From NCBI GenBank assembly GCA_963666315.2, contig CAXXHG010000019.1:1-58917 (forward strand): a stretch of DNA of 58,917 nt. Reading direction: 5' to 3'. The position numbers and the translations under genes were made by a program. Numbering within the stretch: the stretch's first letter is position 1; each line of letters starts with the position of its first letter. Positions 1-10,518 of the stretch are shown piece by piece. Origin of the DNA: Candidatus Binatia bacterium (lineage in GTDB: Bacteria > Desulfobacterota > Binatia > Bin18). Below the pieces are notes generated by a model. The model did not search any database, was not told the origin of the DNA, and worked only from the letters and a program-made list of their open reading frames with translations.

Positions 1-248
1 TGTTCCACAAGATAATTAAGAATCGCCGCACTCTCCGCCAGGACAAAGTCACCATCTTGGAGCACGGGTATCTTGCCACGCGGATTCAGCGCTCGGAACT
101 CCGGCGTCTCGGTTTCGCCAGTGCGCGAGCCGATCAAATGCTTTTTATACGCAAGCCCAAGTTCGTGCAGCACCCAATGCGGCCGGATCGTGCGCGTCGT
201 CCCCGCCCCCCACAGAATGAGATGCGGGTTTTGAGCGATCTCATTCAT
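1..248 (-). CDS. Glutathione S-transferase family protein (5' part, runs off window)
   Basis: Not in ORF track. Manual translation from ATG 248 (GGAG upstream): [31 protein letters not shown]...[27 protein letters not shown], a GST N-terminal domain. Confidence 0.85.
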   Translation of the reverse strand, partial: MNEIAQNPHLILWGAGTTRTIRPHWVLHELGLAYKKHLIGSRTGETETPEFRALNPRGKIPVLQDGDFVLAESAAILNYLVE

Positions 249-320
249 GAGCTGTACTCCGAGCCGATTATTGAAAAAGGGCGATCAGGATCGCCCCTAC
301 CCTCAATCTTTACTCATCTA

Positions 321-1767
321 TTAAGCCCCCACATGCACGCTCGGGCGTTTGTCCGCCCAGGGTTTGGCCTCTTCGAGCTGGGCGGCCAGACGCAGCAACG
401 TGGCTTCGTCACCCAGATGGCCCGCGAATTGTACCCCGACGGGCAAACCATCGGCGCTCCAGTGCAGCGGAAGCGAAATGGCCGGTTGGCCGGTTGTGTT
501 GAACAGCGGCCGTAAACGGTACATAGGAAAAGACCTGACGCGTCCACTCCATAGCGGTCCTACCGGCGCGGTTCTGATTCACCTCCCCATGCGGCACAGG
601 CGGCTTGGCTATGGTCGGGCTGACAAAGACATCAATGTTTTGGAAGAAACGGCCGACCAGCCGCGACAATCGTCCACCGTGGTCCAAGGATTTCAGCAAA
701 TCAACAGCAGTGTAGCGCTTGCCGTCCTCGCAGCAGGCCAGCGTGACGGCTTCAAGATTGTCCGGTCCAGACGTACGCCCCATGTCTTTGGCTAGCTCCT
801 CAACCGCCATAGCATTGTAGGCCGTCCAAATCACATGCACGTTCTCAAGAAACTCGTCCCAGTCATACTCCGGACGACCTTCTTCAACTGTATGGCCCAA
901 CTCTGTGAGTAAGCGCACTGTGTCAAGCACGGCTTTTTCGCATTCAGGGTCAACTTTTTCACCCGAGGCGGGAGTCGTCGTCCACGCGATGCGCAACTTG
1001 CCCGGTGCAGCGCCGACTTCTTCACGATACGGGCGAGCAGGCGGAACAGGCAGACCCAGCGCACCAACATCGGCACCGGCAACCATATCCAAAATTGCAG
1101 CAGAGTCACGCACGCTACGAGACACCACGAGTTCACAAGCCAATCCACACAACGGGTCCGAATAGTCCGGGCCCGTCGGCACCCGGTCACGGGACGGTTT
1201 GAGTCCCACGAGACCGTTGCACGAGGCAGGAATACGAATAGACCCACCACCGTCGTTTGCATGCGCCATGGGAACGATGCCCGAGGCAACTGCGGCACTA
1301 GAGCCACCACTTGACCCGCCCGCGCTGTGGCCCGCCTTCCATGGATTATGAACCGGCCCAAACAGCGTAGTCTCAGTCGTGGGATTGTAACCCAGCTCGG
1401 GCGTTTGCGTTGTTCCGACCAGTACGAGTCCGGCCCGTCGAAAGCGCGCCATCAATTCAGAGTCCTCAGTCGGAACATAACCTTGCCCCAGGCGGGAACC
1501 CATATCAAGACGAACGCCCTTGGCATGCAGAACAAGTTCTTTGATCAGGAACGGCACTCCAGTAAACGGTCCTTGGGGGAGACCGCCACGAATCTCTTCT
1601 TTTGCCTGATCCGAGAGCACCTGGAGTACGGCGTTCAGTTTGGGATTGACTTGCTCGATTGCCTGGACTGCAGTGTCAGCAAGTTCTTCCGGCGTAACTT
1701 CTTTGCGCGCAACAAGCTCTGCAAGGCCAAGTCCGTCCTGCGCTGCGTAATCACTGAGCGAAAGCAT
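321..1767 (-). CDS. Amidase signature family enzyme with a +1 frameshift near 510 (pseudogene or sequence error)
   Basis: [18 protein letters not shown] and PFLIKE motifs. The C-terminal [14 protein letters not shown]...GLPVGVQF lies in another frame (ORF 321..524); extra G at ACG-G-CCG. Confidence 0.85.
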
Positions 1768-1885
1768 GTAAGCACCCTCCTCTTTGGTACGGAACAGTCG
1801 GTTAGAAACCCTACCCCTTTTTCACTGCTAAACCGCACCCTATCACGCTCGGATTGAAATCGTCCATGTATAAAAACATTGCCAT

Positions 1886-3025
1886 TCAATACAGTTCATA
1901 TTTCGCCAAACGTCCATCCAGACCGCCGTTCACGAGCGGCTTTTTCCAGGTTGGTTTGAGGCCGATATGCTTGATGTATTGGCGCTCGCCACAATAGATA
2001 AAGGCCGTTGAGCCTTGGCAGCGTTGTTTGAGGAAATCGCCCAATCGTTTATAGAAGTCTCCAAGATCAGTCTCTTGGCCCATTCTGATCCCATAGGGTG
2101 GATTACACACAATGACGGCCCCTGCTATCTGCTCAATCTGAAAGGCATCACGTTTCTGAATGCTGATGACATGACCTGCATCAAACGCCGCGCAGTTCTG
2201 GATTGTTGCCTGTATGGCTGCTCGGTCAATATCACTGCCAACAATGAGTCCTTTGGAGAGCGAGCGAATCTTCTCTCGCCCTTCCTGTTGCACCTGGTTC
2301 CACACCGACGCATCAAAGTCCGGCAGTCGTTCAAAACCAAACTTTTGGCGGAATAGGGCGGCCGGCGTATGAGAGGCGTGCAGATAGGCTTCACACAGCA
2401 ACGTCCCTGAGCCACACAACGGATCGTATAAAGGAACACGGCCGTCCCATTCAGAGTATTGAATGATGGCCGCAGCTAAGGTCTCCACCATGGGCGCCTG
2501 AATAGTCTTCTTACGATAACCACGCCGATGCAGGGAGCCCCCGGACGTATCCAGGCTGATCGTTGCTTCATTGTTGTGGATATGCAGGTTGATCCACACA
2601 TCAGGATTGCGCGTATCTATGGACGGACGCACCCCAGTGCCCGCTCGGAAGTAATCGACAATAGCATCCTTCAGGCGAAGCGCCGCGAACTTCGAGTGTC
2701 GAATGGTACTATTGGCGACGGTCGCAAAAACGGCAAACGTTTGCGAGGGATCAAGAAAATCCTCCCACGGAATTTCAGACGACTTCTTGTAGAGATATCG
2801 ATCCGAGTGACAGTTAAACCAGGTCAAGGGAGCCAGCACACGGTTAATCAGTCGCGCATGGAAATTGATCGTGTACAGCACTTTGGGGGACGCACAGAAA
2901 TAGATCCCCCGATAGGCGGGACTCGTTTCTTGGGCTCCGAGTGTTTGGAGTTCTTTCTCCGCGATGTCTTTGATGTCATCAGCGACTTGGGCGAAGTAAC
3001 GATTCGTTTCTTGGTAGAGATACAT
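1886..3025 (-). CDS. rlmL: THUMP-domain class I SAM rRNA guanine methyltransferase (RlmL-like, standalone)
   Basis: LHRRGYR, APMVETLAAA, DPLCGSGT and NPPYG motifs; 379 aa. Confidence 0.8.
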   Translation of the reverse strand: MYLYQETNRYFAQVADDIKDIAEKELQTLGAQETSPAYRGIYFCASPKVLYTINFHARLINRVLAPLTWFNCHSDRYLYKKSSEIPWEDFLDPSQTFAVFATVANSTIRHSKFAALRLKDAIVDYFRAGTGVRPSIDTRNPDVWINLHIHNNEATISLDTSGGSLHRRGYRKKTIQAPMVETLAAAIIQYSEWDGRVPLYDPLCGSGTLLCEAYLHASHTPAALFRQKFGFERLPDFDASVWNQVQQEGREKIRSLSKGLIVGSDIDRAAIQATIQNCAAFDAGHVISIQKRDAFQIEQIAGAVIVCNPPYGIRMGQETDLGDFYKRLGDFLKQRCQGSTAFIYCGERQYIKHIGLKPTWKKPLVNGGLDGRLAKYELY

Positions 3026-3119
3026 GGGGGGGTTTCAAAGGAAAATAGTAGGGGGGATGAGAGCGGAACGTCGCCCGTCGAATGATGGTGGGTCTCTGGA
3101 CCTACCCTGCTCACCCAAC

Positions 3120-3896
3120 TTACTTTTTCTCTTCTTTCTTCTTCCCGCCGGGCCAGTATTCCAGCGCACCTAAGCCTTCGAGTGTCAAACCGTAACCCAG
3201 ATTATCCAGCATCAGCTTCTTGAGCTGCTGGGTAAGAGCCACGCGCGCGTAGCGCACGGTAAGCGGCGGTTGCTTGGCGACGATTTCGGCCAATTCCCAC
3301 GCCCGGTCGAGCAGTTTGTCACGTGGCATGACTTCGCTGACCACGCCAAGAGTGAGTGCCTCTTGGGCCGAGAGTTTCTGGCCGGTCAGCAAGAAGTAAC
3401 GGCCGCGATTCACTCCCAGAAGGAGGGGCCAGACAATGTGCACGCCATCACCAGGCACAATGCCATTCGGGAAATGCGGCGCGTCTTGGAAGACGGCATC
3501 ATCTGACGCAATCACAATGTCACACAAGACCGCCAGTTCGGCATGAATCGTGGCTGGCCCATTTACTGCGGCAATCATCGGCACCTCAATGTCCAAGTGA
3601 TTCATCAGCAGCTTTTTTGCGTCCCAATAAATATGGTCCCACAACTGAGGCGTAATCTCCCATTTATCGCCCCGCGCATACTTAGCGATAAACATGTCCT
3701 CGGTGCCGGTGATGATGATGACCTTATTCTCCGGGTCACTGCCAATATCGTAGAAGCACTTGCCCAGCTCCGTGTGCGGATCTTCTCCCCAGCGCAAGGT
3801 TTTTCCATCGGTGTGGAGCGTAAGCTGCAGAATCCCATTGCGCCGCTCCATCTGCACGTGATTATACTTGTCGCGATATTCATCAAATGTTGCCAT
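3120..3896 (-). CDS. Crotonase superfamily enzyme, 6-oxocamphor (beta-diketone) hydrolase-like
   Basis: [23 protein letters not shown] (His/Asp pair typical of OCH-type crotonases); AGGAGG RBS. Confidence 0.8.
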   Translation of the reverse strand: MATFDEYRDKYNHVQMERRNGILQLTLHTDGKTLRWGEDPHTELGKCFYDIGSDPENKVIIITGTEDMFIAKYARGDKWEITPQLWDHIYWDAKKLLMNHLDIEVPMIAAVNGPATIHAELAVLCDIVIASDDAVFQDAPHFPNGIVPGDGVHIVWPLLLGVNRGRYFLLTGQKLSAQEALTLGVVSEVMPRDKLLDRAWELAEIVAKQPPLTVRYARVALTQQLKKLMLDNLGYGLTLEGLGALEYWPGGKKKEEKK

Positions 3897-3995
3897 AGCC
3901 GTCCTCCTTTATAGAACTGATCGAAGCCAGTGAGAGTTGGTTAAACCATGCTCACACTGAGAGGACAAGCGTTGGCAGGGAAAGAGAGGAACTGT

Positions 3996-4943
3996 ATGGA
4001 AACACGTCCGCTCGGCTCATCGGGACTCCAAGCTAGTCTGGCCGGCCTGGGGTGTAACAATTTTGCGATGAAGATTGATCTAGAAGCCAGCCGGGCCGTG
4101 ATCGATACAGCTTTAGACGCTGGCATCACCTGCTTCGATACCGCCGACATGTATGGCAAGGGTCAGTCTGAAGAATTTCTTGGCCAGGTGTTAGGCTCTC
4201 GTCGCAAAGACATCATTCTGGCAACGAAATTCGGCGGCTGCGCCCTGATGGCAAAGTCCGGCGAACGTTGGGGATCACGCGAGTATATCCTGCGTTGTCT
4301 TGAGGACAGCCTGCGGAGACTGAAAACGGACTGGATTGATCTGTATCAGATGCATTATCCCGATCCGAATACGCCCATTGAGGAGACCCTTGAAACGCTG
4401 AACCAGCTGGTCCAACAGGGCAAGGTACGCGCCATAGGCCATTCCAATTTCTCTGCAGAGCAGATCAATGAAGCTGTGAGACAATCCACAGCACACGATT
4501 GTGCTCACTTTGTCACTGCGCAAAATGAGTGGAGCCTGTTGAATCGTGCCGTTGAGGCAGATGCAATCCCTGCCTGTGATCAGCACGGACTCGGCCAGCT
4601 GCCCTATTTTCCTTTAGCCAGCGGTATGCTCACCGGTAAATATCGACGCGGTGAAGACTTTGGTCACGGAACGCGTCTGTCCGTTCTCACATTCGCTCAG
4701 CGTATGGCCTCTGATGAGAACTTTTCCAAGGTCGAGGCGTTGCAAGATTTTGCTGGCCAGCGCGGTCATACTCTGCTAGAACTCGCTCTGTCGTGGCTGG
4801 CTGTACAACCGTGTGTGGCTTCAGTCATTGCCGGGGCGACGACACCGGAGCAAGTGCGTGCGAATGCGGCTGCAACGAACTGGCAGCTCTCAGCTGAAGA
4901 ATTAACGGAAGTCGATGCGCTCGTCTCCAGTGTTACAACCTAG
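3996..4943 (+). CDS. Aldo/keto reductase
   Basis: GLGCNNF, FDTADMYG, LATKFG, DLYQMH, YFPLASGMLTGKY; ATG 3996 follows GAGGA. Confidence 0.9.
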   Translation: METRPLGSSGLQASLAGLGCNNFAMKIDLEASRAVIDTALDAGITCFDTADMYGKGQSEEFLGQVLGSRRKDIILATKFGGCALMAKSGERWGSREYILRCLEDSLRRLKTDWIDLYQMHYPDPNTPIEETLETLNQLVQQGKVRAIGHSNFSAEQINEAVRQSTAHDCAHFVTAQNEWSLLNRAVEADAIPACDQHGLGQLPYFPLASGMLTGKYRRGEDFGHGTRLSVLTFAQRMASDENFSKVEALQDFAGQRGHTLLELALSWLAVQPCVASVIAGATTPEQVRANAAATNWQLSAEELTEVDALVSSVTT

Positions 4944-4954
4944 AGAGTAGCTCT

Positions 4955-6145
4955 ATGCGAGATCTACAAACGAGACACACTCCCGCCGAACTGGGTACGC
5001 AACCCGTCCCGATCGAGCCATGTGTCTCGTCCACCTATTTTGAGCAAGAGCGTGAGCGACTGTTTCGTCGGGTATGGCTCAATGTCGGACGCGTAGAGGA
5101 CATCCCCAGAGCCGGCGATTATTTTGTCAAATATTTGGCCGTCTGTCATACATCTCTTCTTGTGGTGCATGGCAAAGATGGTGTGATTCGTGCCTTTCAT
5201 AATATGTGTTCCCATCGCGGCAATAAGCTGGCCTGGGATACACAAGGCACCTGCCCGCTCTTAACGTGTAAATTCCACGGCTGGTCTTACGGTCTGGATG
5301 GACAGCTCAAGTTCGTGCCGGACGAAGAGAGCTTCTTTGATTTAGAGAAAGAAAAGCTTGGTTTGACTCCAGTAACGCTCGACACGTGGGAGGGGTTTGT
5401 GTTTGTTCACATTGATCCACAGCCGTGCGAAACGCTGAATGAATTTCTGGGAGAATTTGGCCAACAGTTACGCGGCTATCCCTTTCACCACATGTCAACC
5501 CGCTATTGCTACACCACTGAGGTCAACTGTAATTGGAAAGTGGCCCTGGATATATTTCAGGAGATCTACCACGTGCCGGTCCTCCATCGGCGAACCATAG
5601 GCGACACTTTTTCCGGGCCGGACAATCCTTTTAGTCATGCGCTGACTATCAAACTCTATCCCCGCCATCGGATGATGTCTCTGTATGGCAACCCTAGTCA
5701 TCAGCCGTCACCAGTTGAATCTTTGGCCTATCGATTTGGATCAGTCGTTACCCAAGGCCGTATTGCAGAGGACCAGCTCCCGCCCGGCGTCAATCCGACC
5801 CGCAGTCCCCAGTGGGCGTTTGATTTGAATGTGATCTTTCCTAATTTTTCAGTCGATGTCTCTGCCGGGACGTATGTGACGCACCATTTCTGGCCGCTCA
5901 CAGCCCAGCGTACCCTCTGGGAAGCCTGTTTATATTGCCCGCCGACAAAACAGGCCGGACAGCGATTCAGTCAAGAAGTCAGCAAATGCGTATTGCGTGA
6001 CACGCTCTTGGAGGACGGCAGCACACTTGAGGCAACACAGTCCATGCTCGCTTCTGGAATCAGAACGCACTTCAATTTGAACGACGAAGAGGTTCTGGTT
6101 CGGCACTCGCATAGAGTAATTGACGATTACATATCAAAGACATGA
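4955..6145 (+). CDS. Rieske non-heme iron ring-hydroxylating oxygenase alpha subunit
   Basis: CSHRG...CKFHGW Rieske ligands; NWK...EIYHVPVLH and ED mononuclear iron ligands. Confidence 0.9.
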   Translation: MRDLQTRHTPAELGTQPVPIEPCVSSTYFEQERERLFRRVWLNVGRVEDIPRAGDYFVKYLAVCHTSLLVVHGKDGVIRAFHNMCSHRGNKLAWDTQGTCPLLTCKFHGWSYGLDGQLKFVPDEESFFDLEKEKLGLTPVTLDTWEGFVFVHIDPQPCETLNEFLGEFGQQLRGYPFHHMSTRYCYTTEVNCNWKVALDIFQEIYHVPVLHRRTIGDTFSGPDNPFSHALTIKLYPRHRMMSLYGNPSHQPSPVESLAYRFGSVVTQGRIAEDQLPPGVNPTRSPQWAFDLNVIFPNFSVDVSAGTYVTHHFWPLTAQRTLWEACLYCPPTKQAGQRFSQEVSKCVLRDTLLEDGSTLEATQSMLASGIRTHFNLNDEEVLVRHSHRVIDDYISKT

Positions 6146-9092
6146 CCAGGTGCGGCAGGCGGAGAGGTCCGCGCTGTGAAAGTTCGTCCAAGACGGCTTG
6201 GGCGTCTTTCAAATCGGCGGTATCAAAACCTTCGGTGAACCAGGCATACACCTCGGCCAGCAGCTGCCGGGCTGCTTTCTTCTTCCTCTGCTGCTGCCAG
6301 AGCCGGGCTAAGCTCATCGTGGAACGCAGTTCCCACGATTTGCCACCCTGTCGACGAGCAATATCCATAGCCTTTTGAAAAAGCCCCTCCACCTCTTCTT
6401 CGACTTTCGACCTGGAACTTTCGACCCTTCGACTTAACTCAGGGCCGGCTTTTGACTGTTTCAGCGTCAGCTCCCCCTTGAGCCGATACAGCTCTGCCTC
6501 GTAAAAATACCCCCTATTTTTGTGTGCTGCGGTCAGCGCCTCGGCGAGCACCCTCAGTCCTTCCTCATCCTGGTCCACTTTCGCGTATGCTTCGGCTAGC
6601 AAGCCAAGCCCATGCGGCCCTTCTAACTCTGCCTCTGTCGCCCGCCAGGCAGCGAGACCCTGGCGTATTCGCGCAATGCCTTCCTTTTCCTACCCTTGGC
6701 CAGCCAGCGCCCAGCCGAGTAGAATTGTCCCATACGCTAGGTGAAACATAAACCCGTGTTCAGTAGAGAGCGCAACGCCTGTCTGTGCCCACTCTTGCGT
6801 GACGTGCTCCTCCCGACGCAGAGCATGGATCACCGCAGTCCAGGCCAGGGCATAAGTCAGGCTGAACGGGTGAGAGAGCTGCCGAGCAAGGGTGAGAGCC
6901 TCGTCATTTCTCCTCAGGGCCTGTTCTGGGTAGCCTAAATGCCACAGCGTTAAAGCCACAAGAGATAAACATGCTACTCCGGGATCATAGCCGTAAAGAA
7001 AAGCAAGGGAACGGTCCTGGCGGGGGGTATAGAGCCGCATGCCCTGCTCCAGATGCTCTCGGGCAGAGACAAATTCTCCAAGCCATACCATGGTCTCCGC
7101 CAGCGTATAGTGGGCCTCCACAAGAAGAGCAGGGTCTTACTCCCTCTGGGCCAAACGCAGCAACTGCTCCCCGAGTTCGAGGACTGTCTGAAGTTCTGCC
7201 CGCGTTAAGTGAAATACCCACAGTCCCCACAACACCCGAGATGTCTCGGGTGTTGTCCCTGTTTGCTGACACAGCTCTCGAGCCCGGCTGTAGGCTAGTC
7301 CCACTTCAGAGGCTGCAAAACCCTTGGTGGCAATGAGCGCAGTACCCAAAGCGATATAGAGCGAGCACTCTTTCCGAGCGCGCTCGGACGTGACGGGTAG
7401 GGTCTTGAGCAACTCTAGACCTTTGGTCAGCAGATCGACGGCCTCTCGGTGGGCCGAGCGTTGGATGTCATTCTCTCCTGCCTGCTGAAGATACTGCACG
7501 GCCCAAGCATAGTCTCGTCCACGCTCAAAGTGGGCTGCTAACTCTGCGGCAATTTCCCCCGCGCGCTCGCCATAGCCCGCTTCCTCCCGCTGCCCGATCC
7601 TCTGATGGATCTAAACACGCCGGGCTCCGGCCACTCGCCCGTCCGGCCACTCCGTTATCCCGTTCGCCTGCAAAAATTGATGACGACGGACCAGTCTCTC
7701 ACACAGCCCCTCAACCTGTATAACTGCGTTCTCTGTTGGGCTCTCTATTCCAGCAGCGAGTGTGGCTGCTGAGAAGTCTACTCCTGCCACGCTCGCGCCT
7801 TCCAAGACGTTCTGCACCTCTGGCCCGAGCTGATCAATCTGCTTTTCGATCATCTGCCGGAGGCTGTCTGGCGTTCCGACCGTCGTCTGATCAGGCCGAT
7901 CGTGTAATTCCCACCCACCATCAACCTCACGGATAAGATCCTGTGTGACCAAATAGTCCACGACATTCAGCATAAAGAGGGGATTGCCATCCGTGCGTTG
8001 GTGGATGAAGCGAGCCAGGCCATTTTGGGATTGTTGGGATTGCACCTCTCCAAATCGTTGCAACAGATACTCGGTCACCCCTTCTAGCGTCAGAAAGTCC
8101 AACAACATTTCCTGACACTGAGCATGGACCTGTAGCTCCTACTTTACTCCCCGCAGAGGATGTTCCTGAACGAGCACTTCTGCCGGACGATAGGTCCCTA
8201 TCACCAGCAGGCGGGCGCTCTCCTGTCGCCGGGCCAAAACAGGCAGGAACTCTAAGGTCGCTGCCTCACTCCAGTGAAGATCTTCGAGCACTAGGACGAG
8301 CGGCTGCTCGACAGTAATGGACTCCAGGGCTTCAGCAAGCTCGCGTAACATCCACCCCGTTGTAGCTCCTAGCCCGTGCGTTTGGAGTGCGTCGAACCGA
8401 CTGGAACTGACGAGGGCCGGCATTTGGATCAACCAGGTTGGAGCGTGGCTCTCTAAAAGATCAATAAAATGCTTCCCCTGGTTCCCTCGGCATAATCGGC
8501 CCAAGGCTTGGAAAACAGGTAGATATGCATCCCTGGTTCCATACTGTTCAATACACTGTCCCTGGCCAATCCAGAGTGTGTCTTGCGTTTGTATGTCTGC
8601 AAGAAATGTTTCAACGAGTGAGGTTTTTCCGATACCGGCCTCGCCCGAGACAAAGACGATTTGGCGCTGTCCGTTGCGGGCCAGCTCAAACCATTCGTGT
8701 AGTTTGGCTAGCTCTTCTGCTCGACCGACGAGGCTCAGAGATAGAGTTGCGTAGGTGTAGACTTGAGACGCTGAACTATGAACCGTTCCAATAAAGCGGT
8801 ATCCCCGTCCATGGACCGCCTCGATATAGCGCGGGGACTTGGCGTTATCGCGTAGCGCCTTACGAAGTTCCTTAATACACACTGTCAGGGCAGAATCCGT
8901 CACCACTGTTTCTGGCCAGGCGACACGGAATAACTCCTCCTTGCTGACCAACTGTCCTGGGTGTTCGGCCAAATGCTGGAGTACGCCAAACGCTTTCGGC
9001 GGAAGCTTCACCGCCTGTTTTCCCCGCCACAGTCGCACCCGGGCAGGTTCAAGCCGGTAGTTATGAAAGCTAAGTATCGATTCTTCCTACAT
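6072..9092 (-). pseudogene. OmpR-type wHTH + AAA/STAND ATPase + TPR regulator; single frame with 5 internal stops
   Basis: ORFs 8139..9038, 7611..8108, 7137..7499, 6690..7121 and 6072..6602 are all in one frame from ATG 9092. Walker A GEAGIGKT, LEDLHW, C-terminal WFTEGFDTADL. Confidence 0.9.
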
Positions 9093-9120
9093 TTTCTCAG
9101 CACATCAGCGTCAGTCCAAA

Positions 9121-9147
9121 CCTCATACAAACTTCACACTTTCCTCA
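9121..9147 (+). promoter_or_regulatory. Three C(C/T)TCA direct repeats at 11-bp spacing, candidate OmpR/SARP-type binding boxes
   Basis: CCTCA 9121, CTTCA 9132, CCTCA 9143 in the divergent intergenic region next to the wHTH regulator. Confidence 0.4.
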
Positions 9148-9249
9148 CGACTTGTCTGGCTCATGTGGTGTAGCCTTCTTTACATAGTGGATACGAGGAT
9201 TCAAGCAAACGGGTCGTCCGCAGATCGGACACGGGAGATGCCAGAGTCA

Positions 9250-9366
9250 ATGGATGACTCTCCCATCTCCGTACAGCGCGCCTTTGTCGTGCATTTTCGG
9301 TCGGAGAGTGATGTAGCGAGCAATGCCCTCGCTGGCCGGGCGGAGCATATCGCATCGGGCCAGCTC
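9250..9366 (+). pseudogene. Truncated small hypothetical protein (RAFVVHFR...GRAEHIASGQ type)
   Basis: Recognisable N-terminal part of a small protein, ending abruptly at the junction with the next gene fragment. Confidence 0.45.
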
Positions 9367-9370
9367 AGAC

Positions 9371-10368
9371 CCTGTATCGTATCATCGAGGAGGTCGCCCG
9401 GATTGATGGGTCCACGGGGTGGACTCTGAGGATCGGGGCGACGACTGCTGCGTTGGGGGGGGGTATCTTTCAGATACAGCCGCCGAGGAGATTTTCGCGA
9501 CGAATCCTTTGGGTATCACCGGCGGGGCACTCTTTCCTCCTGGGAAGGCCATGGTCGGTGAGGGGGGATATATCGTGAGCGGCCGTTGGCCGTTGCGAGC
9601 GGCTGCCAACACTGCACCTGGTTGTTTGGCCTCTGTAACGCCTTTGAAGCTGACGAGATGCGTCTGACAGAGGAGGGCGACCCCGAAGTGCGAGCAGTCT
9701 TCGTGCCTATTTCCCAGGCAACTATTCTGGATACCTGGGAGGTGAGTGGCTTGGCTGGGACCGGCAGCCATGACTTCACGCTGGAGCAGGTCTTTGTTCC
9801 CGAGGAGTACTCGTGGCGATTCGGGGCAGGGATGAAACCTCAGGGGAAGCACTATCAAGGGCCGCTGTATCAGTTCCCATTCCTAGGATTATTTCCAGTT
9901 GCGATTGCGCCCGTTGGTTTGGGTATTGCCCAGGGGGCGGTGGACTCTTACCTGGAGCTTGCGCAAGGCAAGCGTCCCGCCGGGAGTACTACCCTGTTGC
10001 GCGACCAGTCGCTCTTTCCCGTGCGGCTGGCTGAAGCCGTAGCCTTAGTGCGGTCCGCCCGTGCCTGGCTCCATGCCGCCACGCAGCGAATGTGGGAAGC
10101 GACCGCAAGCAGAGAGCCGGTCACCTTCGAGGCGCGCACGGACCTCCTACTCGCTGCGGCCAATGCCACGCGCAGTACGGCCGTAGCCGTAGACCTGGTG
10201 TACACAGCAGCGGGAGGAAGCGCGAACTACCGGCGCATTCCCTTGCAGCGGGCGCTCCGGGATATCCATGCGGTCACCCAACATATTGCAACCTCGCCCC
10301 AACAGTACGAGAACGCGGGTCGTATGTTGCTGGGGCAGCAGCCTCTACTCCCTATAGTTCTTTTGTGA
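9371..10368 (+). pseudogene. Acyl-CoA dehydrogenase-like flavin-dependent monooxygenase (HsaA-type), 5'-truncated and frameshifted
   Basis: IIEEVARIDGS, GGYIVSGRWP / SGCQHCTW split across frames; DTWEVSGLAGTGSHD and LQRALRDIHAVTQH. Confidence 0.8.
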
Positions 10369-10413
10369 AGACAGGTGATGCCTAACTTTTGTACAAGACA
10401 GTAAGCCCGTGCA

Positions 10414-10443
10414 TTGACAAAGAGCCGAGAAACTTTCTATTGT
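10414..10443 (+). promoter_or_regulatory. Sigma70-like promoter
   Basis: TTGACA-N18-TATTGT upstream of the ATG at 10519. Confidence 0.45.
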
Positions 10444-10518
10444 CTCCGTACTCAGTAGCGCAATCATTTGGCACGGCAGACCAGTGGAGGGTACGCAGCC
10501 GAGCCAGGGAGGTAAGAG

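Noticed and set aside
490-530. Programmed frameshift in the amidase
   Set aside because: Single extra G with no slippery heptamer; mutation or read error is simpler
1-1767. GST + amidase at both window ends as a large duplication
   Set aside because: The pairs are distant paralogues in opposite order with no visible nucleotide identity
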